A DNA stretch of 64,000 nt, taken from NCBI RefSeq assembly GCF_006345805.1, contig NC_042999.1, positions 45,756,001 through 45,820,000 of the forward strand, written 5' to 3'. Source of the stretch: Octopus sinensis (lineage: Eukaryota). The notes below the pieces were generated by a model. It did not search any database, had not been told where the DNA came from, and saw only the letters and a list, made by a program, of their open reading frames with translations. The translations under genes were made by a program, and so were the position numbers. The first letter of the stretch is position 1. Each line of letters starts with the position of its first letter. Shown here piece after piece: positions 37,881-51,509 of the stretch.

Positions 37881-38169
37881 TTATTATAATAATAATAATG
37901 ATATTAATATCAATAATTCCTTGCATAAGCAAAAGACCTCAAATTTAGATGAAAGGGACAGTTGATTATGTGAACTCCTGTTCTTGTACTTTATTTTACA
38001 AACTGATAATAACAGAAGCAATTTTCATTTTGCCTTAATGAGAAGGTAAATATATTATAGTATTATTAAATAACAACTCATCAATAACTGGCTATTAAGA
38101 TATGGGAGAGGTGATAAAAGCAATTTCCTATTCGTAGGAAAATAAATTTCTTTGTTTTCAAGCTGTGAA

Positions 38170-38223
<54 letters not shown>

Positions 38224-38639
38224 TGTCATTGGCTAGACCAACCTTACTGATGTATTAGTAACATCAATGATATACTATAGCATTAAGGTTAGAATGCTAA
38301 GTCACAAACCACATGTAGGAACTAAATAAGTGAGTGATTGTCCATCTTCATTGTCATCTTTATCATCATTGTCACTATAAATCATCATTGTTTAAGATTC
38401 CTTTTTCCCTTGTAACATGGGTTATTTAGTTTGATAGGAATTAATGAGCTAGAGTACTGCGCTGACTTTCAATGTCTACCTCTGGTGATATGCTGTGACT
38501 GCGAAGACCTGACAAATGAAGTGAGTTCATGGCTTGCAGGACAACCTGCTGTGCTAACCTTGGATTGTAGGGCAACCTGCTGTGCTTGAGGAGACCTATT
38601 GAATCAAGTACATCAACATCAAAATAAAAATCAAATGGA

Positions 38640-38980
38640 AATTGTAGTTGTGATACCTGTGCTGGTGGCACATAAAAAGAACCATCTGAATGTGGCCTAT
38701 GCTAGCGCTGCCTTGACTGGCGTCCGTGCCGGTGGCACGTAAAAAGCACCAACTGATCGTGGTCATTGCCAGCCTCCTCTGGCCCCTGTGCTGGTGGCAT
38801 TTAAAAAGCACCCACTACACTCACGGAGTGGTTGGTGTTAGGAAGGGCATACAGCTGTAGAAACACTGCCAGATCAGACTGGAGCCTGGTGCAGCCTCCG
38901 GGCTTCCCAGACCCCGGTAAAACTGTCCAACCCATGCTAGCATGGAAAACGGACGTTAAACGATGATGATGATGATGATT
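38640..38980 (+). mobile_element. SINE family C
   Basis: Same units and (GAT)n tail as the other family C copies. Confidence 0.9.
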
Positions 38981-39373
38981 TGCATGGTTTCTACTGCTTG
39001 ATACCCCTCCTAATGCCAGCGACTTTACAGGGTGTACTGGTGTGCTTTTATATATTTATTCATTTTTTTGAGGCACCAGCACTAGTGAGGGGACCGAGTA
39101 GCTTGCAAAACAAGACCCACCAAAAGAGTTGGGTATAGTAAATGAATGAAGTGAAAAATCTAATAGAGGGACTGGAACAAACGTCTTGCCAAAAAGGTGA
39201 ATACATGGTTTTTCCCTTCTGGAGAGAGAGGGAGAGAAAGAGGAAAAGAGAGAGAAAGAGAAAGATGGTGAGAGCATATCTTTGAGGTACAGGGTGAAAA
39301 TAAAAGAGAGAATAGAAACAGTGGAACGAAATGGGTGGGTGAGTAGGTAAGTGTGTTAGAGCATGGAAAAAGT

Positions 39374-39780
39374 GTGATGTGGCTGTGTGCTAAGAAGCTT
39401 GCTTCCCAATCACATGGTTCTAGGTTCAGTCCCACTGCATGGCACCTCGGCCAAATGTCTTCTACCATAACCTATGGCTGATCAAAGCCTCATTAGTCAA
39501 TTTGGGAGATGGAAACTGGAAGATGCCTGTCGCATATATATGTGTGTGTGTGTGTGTGTGTGTCTTTGTGCCTTTGTTTGTCCCCCACCACCACTTGACA
39601 GCTGGTGTTGGGGTGTTCACATTCCTGTAACTTAGCAGCTCAGCTAAAGAGACCGATAAAATAAGTACCAAGTTTGAAAACAAAAATTCATGGGATCAAC
39701 TTATTCAATTAGAAATTCTTCAAGCTGGTGCCCCAGCATGGCCACAGTCAAATAACTGAAGCAAGTCAAAGATAGAAGCT
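39374..39780 (+). mobile_element. SINE family A, diverged
   Basis: Head, internal (TG)n and tail are all recognisable. Confidence 0.8.
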
Positions 39781-40084
39781 AAAAATTGGTGATTGGGGTA
39801 GATGCAGTTTGGTGAAGAGAGTATGAAGGAGACTGGAACGAGTTTAGGAAGAGGTCAAATCTGCTCTAGGTTTCTTATTGTTTAATTGGTTAGCACATAT
39901 TCCATATTGCTACAGTTCAAGCTGGCTTTGTGAATATGTAATAGATTATAAGATTGTTTTATTTGCAAAAGAGTAGCATCTTTGGTGCGACGGGAGCAAG
40001 CCCTGATAAGTCTTTTTGAGTTTCTTAATGGCATTTACACATTTACATTATTGAATAAATTTTATATTGTACTCCTGTATCTAG

Positions 40085-40130
40085 TTTTGGCTTAGTCTAC
40101 AAAAAGTTCTACTTTTAGAATTAACTACAG
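40085..40130 (+). CDS. Candidate 46-nt exon (FWLSLQKVLLLELTT+G)
   Basis: gtactcctgtatctag| ... CAG|gtaagg (strong donor); only one frame is open. Confidence 0.4.
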
Positions 40131-40942
40131 GTAAGGAATTAAGGTAAAAAAAAAGAAAAAATCCATTTATTGTTATAATACGGGAAATTGCCTTTATGGC
40201 AAATGCCACATGAGAAAATAAGTAAATGAAAATAAATAAATAAATAAATAAATAAACCAGTAGGCTAATTTGCATATTAGTATAAGTTTGATAGCTGTCA
40301 GTTAATTCATTTGTAAGCCGAGTAGCATTTTCTCTGTAACTGTATACTGCAGCAATTTCAGGACAGCAGAAGGTTAAGCAGAGCTTGACAAAAGACTAAT
40401 AAAGTCAGAAACTGCAGTTGTTCTGATGCCCATGCTTTTTATTTTTATATTTTCTTTTCTTTTCTTTTTTTTTTGTTGAAAACTTTGAGATGTACACCAC
40501 CCTGCAAGATTAATTTCACTACAAGAGCATATACATTTCAAACATCTCAATGTGTTGTTGTATTGTGAAGGTCTACGCATGCCATATGTAGAAATTTGCA
40601 AAAAAACATATCATTACCACCTACAGTTAACATGGATGAGATGGATGTAAACAGTAAAAAATTGCAATGTGGAAGCTGTGTAGTCAAAGTACATTTCCTG
40701 CTGCTGAAGCATTGCAACAGAAAATATATTGAATGCAGTTATTTTCCTTGCTGTTTTCCTTTCTCATACGAACATCAAGAATGTTTATCTTGTCTTCTTT
40801 TCCTGCTGGGTCATCATAGCCTAATGTAAGCACACAAATATTGCACTTTATAACTTCGACTTGCCAAATGTTGTGAACCAAAGAAAGAGACGGTACTGTT
40901 AGCGGAGTGAAAACCGCAGCTGTTCTCCGTTGTTATTGACAG

Positions 40943-40974
40943 AAACTAATCTACTCATTGCTCTTATCAATTTG
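40943..40974 (+). CDS. Candidate 32-nt exon (TNLLIALINL), copy 1
   Basis: ccgttgttattgacag| ... TTG|gtatga; phase 1 to 0, in frame with the 40085-40130 candidate. Confidence 0.4.
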
Positions 40975-41780
40975 GTATGATTAATTTAGCCCTGTGTCAA
41001 CAACAGAACCGTGTTTTCATCTACATTGTTATGGAACAACTAATTTTTGTTTTATCTTATGGTTGCCAACGTTGTTGTTTTAATTATCTTCAAGATTTTA
41101 TTGTTTCTTAAGAGTGAGGTAATTTTAAACCTTTTACTTAATTGTTTATTAAAGAGACAAACAAACAAAATAAAGCTAAAATAATGAAGCAAAAAAAAAG
41201 CAAACAGAAAACAAATGCCAAGTGTTCTTTTCTTGGAGTATGTTTGTTTTACTAGTTCAACATTTTAAACAAAATTTATTTTCAATGTTTACTTTCTTTT
41301 TTTTTTTTTTTTGTTGAAAACTTTGAGATGTACACCACCCTGCAAGATTAATTTCACTACAAGAGCATATACATTTCAAACATCTCAATGTGTTGTTGTA
41401 TTGTGAAGGTCTACGCATGCCATATGTAGAAATTTGCAAAAAAACATATCATTACCACCTACAGTTAACATGGATGAGATGGATGTAAACAGTAAAAAAT
41501 TGCAATGTGGAAGCTGTGTAGTCAAAGTACATTTCCTGCTGCTGAAGCATTGCAACAGAAAATATATTGAATGCAGTTATTTTCCTTGCTGTTTTCCTTT
41601 CTCATACGAACATCAAGAATGTTTATCTTGTCTTCTTTTCCTGCTGGGTCATCATAGCCTAATGTAAGCACACAAATATTGCACTTTATAACTTCGACTT
41701 GCCAAATGTTGTGAACCAAAGAAAGAGACGGTACTGTTAGCGGAGTGAAAACCGCAGCTGTTCTCCGTTGTTATTGACAG

Positions 41781-41812
41781 AAACTAATCTACTCATTGCT
41801 CTTATCAATTTG
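41781..41812 (+). CDS. Candidate 32-nt exon, duplicate copy 2
   Basis: Identical to 40943-40974 and inside the 838-bp duplication. Confidence 0.3.
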
Positions 41813-44018
41813 GTATGATTAATTTAGCCCTGTGTCAACAACAGAACCGTGTTTTCATCTACATTGTTATGGAACAACTAATTTTTGTTTTATCTTATGG
41901 TTGCCAACGTTGTTGTTTTAATTATCTTCAAGATTTTATTGTTTCTTAAGAGTGAGGTAATTTTAAACCTTTTACTTAATTGTTTATTAAAGAGACAAAC
42001 AAACAAAATAAAGCTAAAATAATGAAGCAAAAAAAAAGCAAACAGAAAACAAATGCCAAGTGTTCTTTTCTTGGAGTATGTTTGTTTTACTAGTTCAACA
42101 TTTTAAACAAAATTTATTTTCAATGTTTACTTTCTTTTTTTTTATATTAGTGATAATTAGTAATCATTATATTTCTCAATTGTGAATACTTAGCCAAGTT
42201 ATTTTATTTACATTTTTTTTATTCCTCTTATGTTGATTGTTTTTAGTCTCTCCAGTCGATGAGTTTTTTCTTCTTTATCTTTAGTTTCTCAATTGTATTT
42301 TTTTCTTTCAGTCTTCCAAAAAAACATTAACACTTTTGATCTTTCTATTTGATGGAACCTATCCAATTATATCGTAGAAATAATTTCAGTGTTTATCTAG
42401 TATCTGTACAGAATAGATATTGGAAAGATACATAACAAGTTTTGATTATAGAATATGGAATGCTTGGTCAATAATTCATTGCAAGTTTTGGTCCATTCTA
42501 GACATTAAAACCAAATAAAAAGTCATAATTTTTACTGGTTCAGATTACTGTTTTATTAAATATAAAGTAATTTGCTTTTACTATTTTATACATCTGATCA
42601 GAACTTATGAGAGGGATGGTGAGGGAAGAAAGACAAAGTCAGATTTATACTTAAATGTTTTCTTCCTTTGTTTACTACCATCTTAATAGAGTCTGTCTCA
42701 ATTATGTTTTCTCAAAAGAGAATGTGTTACAACTCTTGTCCTCCAGTTATAGGTTTCTTGATATCTCAGTTATGGTCTCCCAAGAACAAACAGCATCAGA
42801 AGTTTGATCTTTTAATCAAGTATGAATCTAAGCTTAAATATATCAGTTGGGCATATGCATCGCAATTACATTACAATCATTCAATTTTCCTTAAACTGAG
42901 AACCTTTACAAAGAATGTTTGCTTAACACCATATTCTGAAATCATAACTTTATAGAATTTGGTTTTACACTTGGTTTAGAAATCTCTTGTCTATGTATAT
43001 TAAGAACCAGTTGATGAAAATGTTATTTGAGGACAGTTTTAGATATAGTTCTGTTGGTAAGTCACATAGAGTAAAATAACTGGTTTACAAATAATAAAAA
43101 TATTTTATTGACAGAACAATGATTACAAAGGTATGATCATTGTCAGAGTTTTTAAAATTGGGGTTTAGCCAGAACATTGGTCCAGGTTCTTAAGAATCAA
43201 AGAGGAGCCCTCAAATATCTGATGAGCTCCTCTTCTCCTCAATAAATAAATAAATAAATAATTCTTAAGTTTTTTTTTTTTTAATTTTGAAAGGCACTGC
43301 CTCTGGTATCCTGAAAGCAGTCTTACTCCACCTTGTAAAATTTATCTCAAAGACCCTGACTGTCATACTAAAACTGGATTTGAGCTTGTTAAGTTCTTAA
43401 TAAAGTCAAAATTAAATTGTTGAATTCAAAAGTTGATATTTAAAATGTCATCGACATATTTAAAATGTCAAGACTAAGTTGAAAAATTTAACTAAAGGAG
43501 TTTATGATATTGGTAAAATTCTTTACAAAGAATGCTTTCATTTGTAATATATTTTTTTATTGCTTATAGTTTGGGTTTTGGTCGAAGCTAACTTGAAGCA
43601 TTTTGGCAACTTGGTTAGACAACAGTCAAAATAGTGGAACTGATCCTGTCAGGTAGAGAGGCTGGAACTAACTATTGAAAGAGAATTCCTCTCGGTATTT
43701 ATAGTAGAATAAAATGTGCATTTATATGCATGTGCCATCTGTTTGTTAGCATATGAAGAGATACCTTGTGTGTGTCTTTGCACAGATGTTTAAGCATTGG
43801 TGACATGTATATATTTTTATATATGACAAGAAAATAGGGTTGGTTAAATAAAGAATTTGTATGATATACATGTTTGTAAGATATATGTATACATGCACAC
43901 ACACCCACTCACACACTTCCACACACTTCATCAACATCATTATTTAATGCCCATGTTCCATGGTGGTATGGGTTTGGCATAAATACACACACACACGCGC
44001 GCGCACACACACATATAC

Positions 44019-44369
44019 ATTAGAGAAGAACCACCATGTAGCAATTCAACAAGGATATAATTAAATTATCCCATATAGAAAAAAATTAAATATACGATAA
44101 AACATTTACCTAGAACTAAATAAAGCACAAAATAATAAATGAATAGTATATTATTAATTATATACTCTTTTACTCTTCTACTTGTTTCAGTCATTTGACT
44201 GCAGCCATGCTGGAGCACTGCATTTTAGTCAAGCAAATCGACCCCAGGACTTATTCTTTGTAAGCCTAGTACTTATTCTATCGGTCTCTTTTGCCGAACC
44301 GCTAAGTAACGGGGACGTAAACATACCAGCATCGGTATTGGGGGGACAAACACAGACACACAAACACAC

Positions 44370-44401
<32 letters not shown>

Positions 44402-44697
44402 GACAGGCTTCTTTCAGTTTCCGTCTACCAAATCCACTCACAAGGCTTTGGTCAGCCTGAAGCTATAGTAGAAGACACTTTCCCAAGGTGCTACGCAGTG
44501 GGACTGAACCCGGAACCGTGTGCTTGGTAAGGAATTTACTTACCACACAGCCACTCCTGCGCCTATACTATTTATTTATTATTTTGTACTTCATTTAGTT
44601 TTAGGTAAATGTTTTATCGTATATTTAAATTTTTTTTCTATATGGTATAATTTTATTATATCATTGTTGAATTGCTACATGGTGGTTCTTCTCTAAT
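44019..44697. repeat. ~130-bp inverted repeats (44019-44150 / 44564-44697) enclosing a family A SINE
   Basis: attagagaagaaccaccatgtagcaattcaac...gaatagtata versus tatactatt...gttgaattgctacatggtggttcttctctaat, with a few mismatches. Confidence 0.9.
44164..44563 (-). mobile_element. SINE family A, full length
   Basis: Reverse complement of the consensus. Confidence 0.9.
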
Positions 44698-44789
44698 TTA
44701 TATACATATATTATATATTGTGAAATTTGATTTATTATTACTAAATTGAATTCTTCCATGTAAGTTTGGAATCATATTCCCTAATATTA

Positions 44790-45325
44790 TTATTATCATT
44801 TTTTTTTTCTTCTTTCAAATTTGCTTCCATTTCTTGCCGAGTGTCTTCCCGACTCCTAGGGCAAAGAAACTCATAGTATACATTGGTAAGCCAGTAAGCT
44901 AAACTCAATAGTTGGTTCATTTGAAAAAAATTTTTTTTTTAAGTTAAATTAAAATACATGGGTAGTGATAGTTCTCACATCAACAATGCTCTTCTCAATA
45001 CGTGTGATGTACCAGTTAAGACAATCTTTTGCACTTCTTGCAGGGATGGTAAGCCAGGGATCATTCTCATATAATTTTCGGTTCCCTTCTTGATCATTCC
45101 TAGTGCTCCTACGATCACTGGTATTGTAACCGCCTTGAGATGCCACATTTTCTCAATTTCAATGAGCAGGTCTTTATATTTTCTGAGCTTGTCAAACTCT
45201 TTCGCCGAGATATTATGATCACAGGGGATGCTCATGTCGATCAATAAGCAAACTTTATTGTTTTGGTCTTTCACAAAAATATCTGGTTTATTGGCTTTGA
45301 TGGTTCGGTCTGTATGTACTGGAAT
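44790..45325 (-). mobile_element. R4/Dong-type LINE 3' fragment with intact REL endonuclease segment
   Basis: ANKPDIFVKD..CLLIDMSIPCD..KLRKYKDLLIEIEKMW..IPVIVGALG..QKIVLTGTSHVLRR; 5'-truncated at (TAA)n. Confidence 0.9.
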
Positions 45326-46265
45326 TATTATTATTATTATTATTATACATGTATAATATTGGAGGTAAAATGAAAACCAAAGCAGAACGAGCATCTTCAG
45401 TCATTTATTTTAAATCATTCTAAATGACTTGAGATACTTATTCTGCCTTGGTTTCGATTTTCCCTCACCAGCGGTGGTGCCCCAGCATGGCCGTGGCATT
45501 CGGGCTAAAACATTTTAAAGGATTTTAAGGATTTATATAACATAGAATCCTAACATGGATCCCAAGATCCAACCCTTAGCTGTGATCTTGGAACTTAACG
45601 GTTGACCTACTATAGCACTTACCCACTGTACCTATTCATTTAGATCACAAATGAACTAACCCCCCCCCATATTATATATATATATATGTGTATATGTGTG
45701 TATATATATACATACACATGCATGCATACATACATACATACATACATACATACATACATACATACATACATACACACACGTACACTGTCTGATGAAGGCT
45801 TTCAGGGCAAAACTTCAAAGTTACTGTCACCCTCTACCTATAAAAGTTTAATAAACATGTACTCTACTTTTGTGTGGTCTCTTGGTTCACTAGAAATAGC
45901 TGTCAAATTTCCTTCAAATCACTCTTAAAGTGGATAATGTTATCCAAGCTGCACTACCTAAAAAGAAAAAGACTGGTTGGTCAAGGTCAGTATTGTCTGT
46001 TCAAACAGGTCTGACTTGGCAGTTAAACAGTGACAGTATATTAAAGAACAATTGATCTGTTGAAGATTTTAAGTTGGTGGGCAATTTGTAACTGGTATCA
46101 GAATATTTTATGAAGACATTAAAGAAGCATATATGCATTGTGAAAGAAATAGGAGTGGATAATTAAAATTTTTTCCTGGCAAAATCCAAAGACAACTTGA
46201 AACATGTTTCTACTTTGTCTGGCTTCCGCAGCAAAGGAAGTGGTTGCAAAGAATCCTGGAAGTGA

Positions 46266-46473
46266 ATACTCTTACTCTTTTACTTGTTTCAGTCATTTGA
46301 TTGTGGCCATGCTGGGGCACCGCCTTTTAGTCAAGCACAGGACTTATTCTTTGTAAGCCTAGTACTTATTCTATCGGATTCTTTTACCGAACCGCTAAGT
46401 TACGGGCACGTAAACACACCGGCATCGGTTGTCAAGCGATGTTGGGGGGACAAACACAGACGCATAAACACAT

Positions 46474-46513
<40 letters not shown>

Positions 46514-46638
46514 GACGGGCTTTGGTTGGCCCGAGGCTATAGTAGAAGGCACTTGCCCAAGGTACCACGTAGTGGGACTGAACCCAGAACCATGTGGTTC
46601 ATAAGCAAGCTACTTACCACACAGCCACACCTACACCT
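46266..46638 (-). mobile_element. SINE family A
   Basis: Reverse complement of the consensus with a small deletion. Confidence 0.85.
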
Positions 46639-47275
46639 ATAAAGGAAATATTAAAATGAGGTAGTTTTGGTGAAGCATTGTGTAGTATAACTTTAAAGAA
46701 GTTTGTTGTGTAAGGCCAGAACAATGTGAGAAGGTACAAGGTAAATTACGAAAGAAAGAAAGAAAACAGAACAAAATTGCAGTTTCACCTTGTATTTCTA
46801 TATTATGGGGTTATGACCCATTCTTCAGGACATTTGGAAAAAGCATTTCTAAATGTCCTGAAGAAGGGGTCTTCACCCCAAAATATAGAAATACAAAGTG
46901 AAACTGCAACTTTGATTTGTTTTCTTTTTCCTTTTGTAGCTTTTTCCTTTTAGCATTGTTCCAGCCTTACACAACACACTTCTATGAAGGAAATATATTT
47001 TTTGGTGTTCAAAAGAAGAAATGTTTAGCAATTGAATAATTCAGAGATGCCATTGGTATGATAGACAAAAGGTTATTTGGTAATTAACAATAGGTAATTG
47101 TGGTGGTGGTGGTGGTGGGGTAAACAACAAATGTTTTACTTTTAAAAGTAGTTTTCTTTGAAATGTGTGATCATATAAATTTCCAAGAGAAACTGCTCTG
47201 GTTAAAGTGTTGATGCTGTTCAGGATGAGGCCAATTCTGTAAATTCTGTCAGTGCATTCTGGCCACAGCCACAAA

Positions 47276-47490
47276 GAGGTGCTGGAAAGTTCCTGGCTTT
47301 AAAGGTGCTGTGTGATTGGCCTGGTTAGAGGCCTGACCTTCCAAGTTCTTTTACAAGGTTTAGAAAAAAACTGAAGGACCGCTGCAATAAGTGTGTGAAT
47401 CTCAGAGGGGAACATATTAAGCAAAATCATAATTAACTGATTCTCCTGTATTTTCTTTTACCAAAAGCCAGGAACTTTTCAACATCCCCT
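47276..47490 (+). mobile_element. Mariner-derived MITE
   Basis: TIRs gaggtgctggaaagttcctggcttt / aaagccaggaacttttcaacatcccc; the interior resembles a mariner C-terminus (KL..R..KCV.L.GE). Confidence 0.8.
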
Positions 47491-48032
47491 TATCCCCTTG
47501 TATGTTCCTTTTCTAAGACATGATTTATTTTTAAGGGCATGATTCATAGAAACATTTGGCTATTAATTCTAGCAGTTTTAACCACCACAAAAATACTCAT
47601 TCTCACTATTGCAAAACTACTTGGATATTTTAAATTTTGTATACAAATTATATATAAAGTTTATATATAAATTAGGAATTTAGATGATAAACTTTTGATC
47701 ATCTACTAAAATTTGAATTAGCTTTCTGTAATCTAATTGGTAAAATGGTATTTGTTATTCCGTTTGATTAGTTTTGTTCTCTTTTTGTCTGAAACTTTTA
47801 TTGGAAGCAACTAATTTTTACATAACAAGACAAATACTTCTCTGTTTCATAGGTAATTTCAGTAATAGATTTCTTAATTTGTTGTTCAAACTTTAGTATG
47901 CAGGTACAAGAATGGCTGTGTGGTTTAGAAATTCATTTGCAACCATGTGGCTTTGATTTCAATTCCACTGTGTTCGAATTAGGATCCATATGGTTCTTGC
48001 AGGTCCATATAAAATTTTGCATTTTTACTATT

Positions 48033-48270
48033 TTACTCTTTTGCTTGTTTCAGTCATTTGACTGTGACCATGCTGGAGCTCCTCCTTTAGTCGAGCAAAT
48101 CGACCCCAGGACTTATTCCTTGTAAGCCTAGTACTTATTCTGTCAGTCTCTTTTGCCGAACCGCTAAGTTATGGGGACGTAAACACACCAGCATTGGTTG
48201 TCAAGCGATGTTGGGGGGACAAACACAGACACACAAACATATACACACACATACACATATATATATGTAT

Positions 48271-48313
<43 letters not shown>

Positions 48314-48475
48314 CATACATACGATGGGCTTCTTTCAGTTTCCGTCTACCAAATCCACTCACAAGACTTTGATTGGCCCGAGGCTACAGTAGAAGACACT
48401 TGCCCAAGGTGTCATGCATTGGGACTGAACCCGAAACCATGTAGTTCGTAAGCAAGCTACTTACCAAACAGCCAA
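48033..48475 (-). mobile_element. SINE family A
   Basis: Reverse complement of the consensus with internal TA/CA repeats. Confidence 0.85.
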
Positions 48476-49659
48476 GCCAAAACTGTTTGTGCTTCTACAT
48501 TACACAAAATATTTTGACATTTTTTTTTTTTTGCGTTAGTACACTCTGTAGGGGCTTGTGTTAGGATGGGCATCCAGCCGTAGGAACCATGCCAAATCAA
48601 ACTGGAGTCTTGTGCAACTCCCCAGTTTGTCAGCTCCGGTCAAACCATTGAACCCATGCCAGCATGGACAATGGACGTTGAATGATGATGATATTAGGAT
48701 TTGTTAAAACATCAAATGTTCATTAGGGTCCAGTAGAGTAGAATAGGAATCAAAAGGTGTCTATACTTTAAAAAATGGTTAGGAACACTGGTGTGGAACC
48801 TTAGGTGAGTGTCATCTACTCTAACCTCAAACTAACCAATACCTTTTGAGTGAGATTGGTAGACAGAAATTGTGTGGAGGCATACTGTGTATGTGTGCAT
48901 GCATATGTGTGTGTGTGTTTGTGTGTGTGTGTGTCTGTGTGTGTGTGTGTTTGTGATTCTGTTATATCGCACGTTCAAATGACCTACTCAACTCCCGACG
49001 TCTAGACTTCTCCCTCTATATCTACGTATTGGGCTAGCCTACCTCATCATCTGGGGGCATCCACACAACAGTTTCTCTGTATATTTGTTTTTGTATTAAC
49101 ATTCATTTGAAAAATGAAATGAGTGTCTGTGTTTATATTCTTATCATAGTGGTGGATGTAAAAGAGATCCCTAAAATAAGTAATAGACTTAAAAATATAA
49201 GACCTGAAGTTGCCATGAATGACTACAACCCTTGAAGGTGGTGTACCAGTATGGCTGCTTACAATCCAGTGAATGAAATAAATTAAAGAGCAAAAAAGTG
49301 TTGTATATTAAAATGATTTTTACCTCATTAATTAGAACGTAATTAATGCTCCTAATTAATATAGCAACCTTAAAAATGAATTTGATAGTAATCAAGCATG
49401 ATTGTTTATCTGATAGCTCTTTTGCTCTATGTTCAGTTGAGTAAGCTGTTTCAGTTAATGTGGATATGTCACCATTGTGTTGTTGTTACTGAAACTCTCT
49501 TAATATTTGCATATGCTTTCTTAGAATCACTACTGCTCACCTGTGAAGTTTTAATCAGGCATTCCTAAATACATGATATCCCTTTGCTAGAAATATAATA
49601 CAGTGGCCAGGACACATTATATATTCAATTAAATCTTTAAAATACATCATGTTAACATA

Positions 49660-50072
49660 TAGGCGTAGGAGTGGCTGTGTGGTAAGTAGCTTGCTTACCA
49701 ACCACATGGTTCCCGGTTCAGTCCCATTGTGTGACACCTTGGGCAGGTGTCTTCTACTATAGCCTCGGGCCGGCCAAAGCCTTGTGAGTGGATTTGGTAG
49801 ATGGAAACTGAAAGAAGCCCGTCGCGTATATATACATATATATATGCATGTGTGTGTATATGTTTGTGTGTGTGTGTGTCCCCAACATCACTTGACAACT
49901 GAATCTGGTGTGTTTACATCCCCGTAACTTAGTGGTTCAGCAAAAGAAATCAATAGAATAAGTACTAGGCTTACAAAGAATAAGTCCTGGGGTCGATTTG
50001 CTTGACTACAGGTGGTGCTCCAGCATGGCCGCAGTCAAAATCACTGAAACAAGTAAAAGAGTAAAAGAGAGT
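49660..50072 (+). mobile_element. SINE family A, full length
   Basis: aggcgtaggagtggctgtgtggtaag...aagtaaaagagtaaaagag. Confidence 0.9.
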
Positions 50073-50400
50073 TAACTATATGTGCTAAACCCAGTGGTTC
50101 TTAAACTGAGAAATATCAAATCTTACTTTACCAAAATGTTTGTGGAATTTCTGTCCCTCTGCTCCTCCTTAGTATTAATAAGAAGACAAAATATAATATA
50201 ATTCCTTCTTCACCATGGTTTTGGCCAAATTTAAAAATTCAGTTCTTTAGCATTTAAACTGTCCATGTCTGGCCCAAATATTTGACCTGATTATGTACAA
50301 ACTGACCAGATTCAGACTCTCACACCTCTTTATGTCAAATAAGAAATAAGCAATCAGATCATAGAAAACATGGAGCTACAAGTAAAGCAAAGTGACTTAA

Positions 50401-50865
50401 CCCTTTTGTTACCAACCCGGCCGAAACTGGCTTATGGCTCTGTAGTACAAATGTCTTGTTTTCAAAAGTTTTGAATTAAAATCTTCCACCAAACCTTAGT
50501 CCGGTTTATGTTCCTAACATATTCTACGTTATCATCATCATCATCATCATCATTTAGCGTCCGCTTTCCATGCTAGCATGGGTTGGACGGTTCAACTGGG
50601 GTCTGTGAAGCCAGAAGGCTGCATCAGGCCCAGTCTGAGCTGGCAGTGTTTCTACGGCTGGATGCCCTTCCTAACGCCAACCACTCCGTGAGTGTAGTGG
50701 GTGCTTTTTACGTGCCACCCGCACAGGTGCTAGACGGAGCTGGGAAACGGCCACGAACGGATGGTGCTTTTATGTGCCACCGGCACGTAAAATAATTGAG
50801 AGAAATAATTTTAAATAATTGAGAGAAACACAGAGCATCTCAAAATAAATACAGTAATGAAAGGG
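50401..50865. mobile_element. piggyBac-like MITE (TTAA duplication) interrupted by a family C SINE at 50531-50788 (minus strand)
   Basis: ttaa|cccttt ... aaaggg|ttaa. Confidence 0.75.
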
Positions 50866-51509
50866 TTAATAAGCAATTACATTTTGACAGAGTAAACTGA
50901 ATGCCAACTAGACAATAGAGGCAGTGAGCTGGTAGAATCAGATAAAATCTTTTGTAGCATTTCCTCCAACACACGTATGTTCTGAGTTCAAAATGATTGC
51001 TGGAGTTGACTTTGTCTTTCATCCTTTTGGATTCAATAAAATATGTACTAGTGGAGCACTGGGGGGTCAGTTGTAATTGACTTGTTCCCTCTCCACAAAA
51101 TTGTTGGATTTGTGCCAAAATCAGAAATTTGTCTGTTCCTTTTCCAATCTTCACAAGCCTACCACCTTACAAGGGAGTGCCTATCCCACATAAGAAACAC
51201 AGTACTAATCCTTAGTTGGATGTTGAAGCTTTTTGTTTTTCTTTAAGAAACTTACTAGATGGCTTTGGTTGAAAATGAGAATGATTGTTTGTATAATGCA
51301 GATGAGACATAGGCCTGAGGTTCTTCTACTTATTTTTGGTTCACTTGGAACAAGGTATATCTGTATTTTGTAAAATCCAATACATCCAGTTACCCCAACA
51401 ATACAATATGATGCATCCAAGTATTGAATCTGTCAATATATGTTGAACACAGTCTTAATATTTTGACTTTATTCAGTTCCTGATTCTAACCATTTTTATT
51501 TTCACTTAG

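Larger units (their letters stand above)
40475..42143. repeat. Tandem duplication, 838-bp unit (40475-41312 / 41313-42143)
   Basis: No differences seen by eye; identical ORFs at 40596 and 41434; junctions lie in poly-T. Confidence 0.95.

Noticed and set aside
40839-40846. miR-92/25-family seed-like TATTGCAC
   Set aside because: The rest of the mature sequence does not match and no pre-miRNA hairpin is evident.
40596-41719. ORFs of 60-77 aa repeated twice (MQKNISLPP.., MVHNIWQVE.., MQISTYG..)
   Set aside because: They are short, overlap on both strands, have non-ATG or unsupported starts, and recur only because of the tandem duplication.
43570-43613. 44-nt exon candidate (WVLVEANLKHFGNL)
   Set aside because: The donor gttaga is weak and its phase duplicates that of the 32-nt candidate. 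Kept only as a low-priority alternative.
45783-45825. Hammerhead-like ctgatga...acttcaaagtt
   Set aside because: The GAAA core is replaced by caaaa and stems I and II pair poorly; at most a dead relic.
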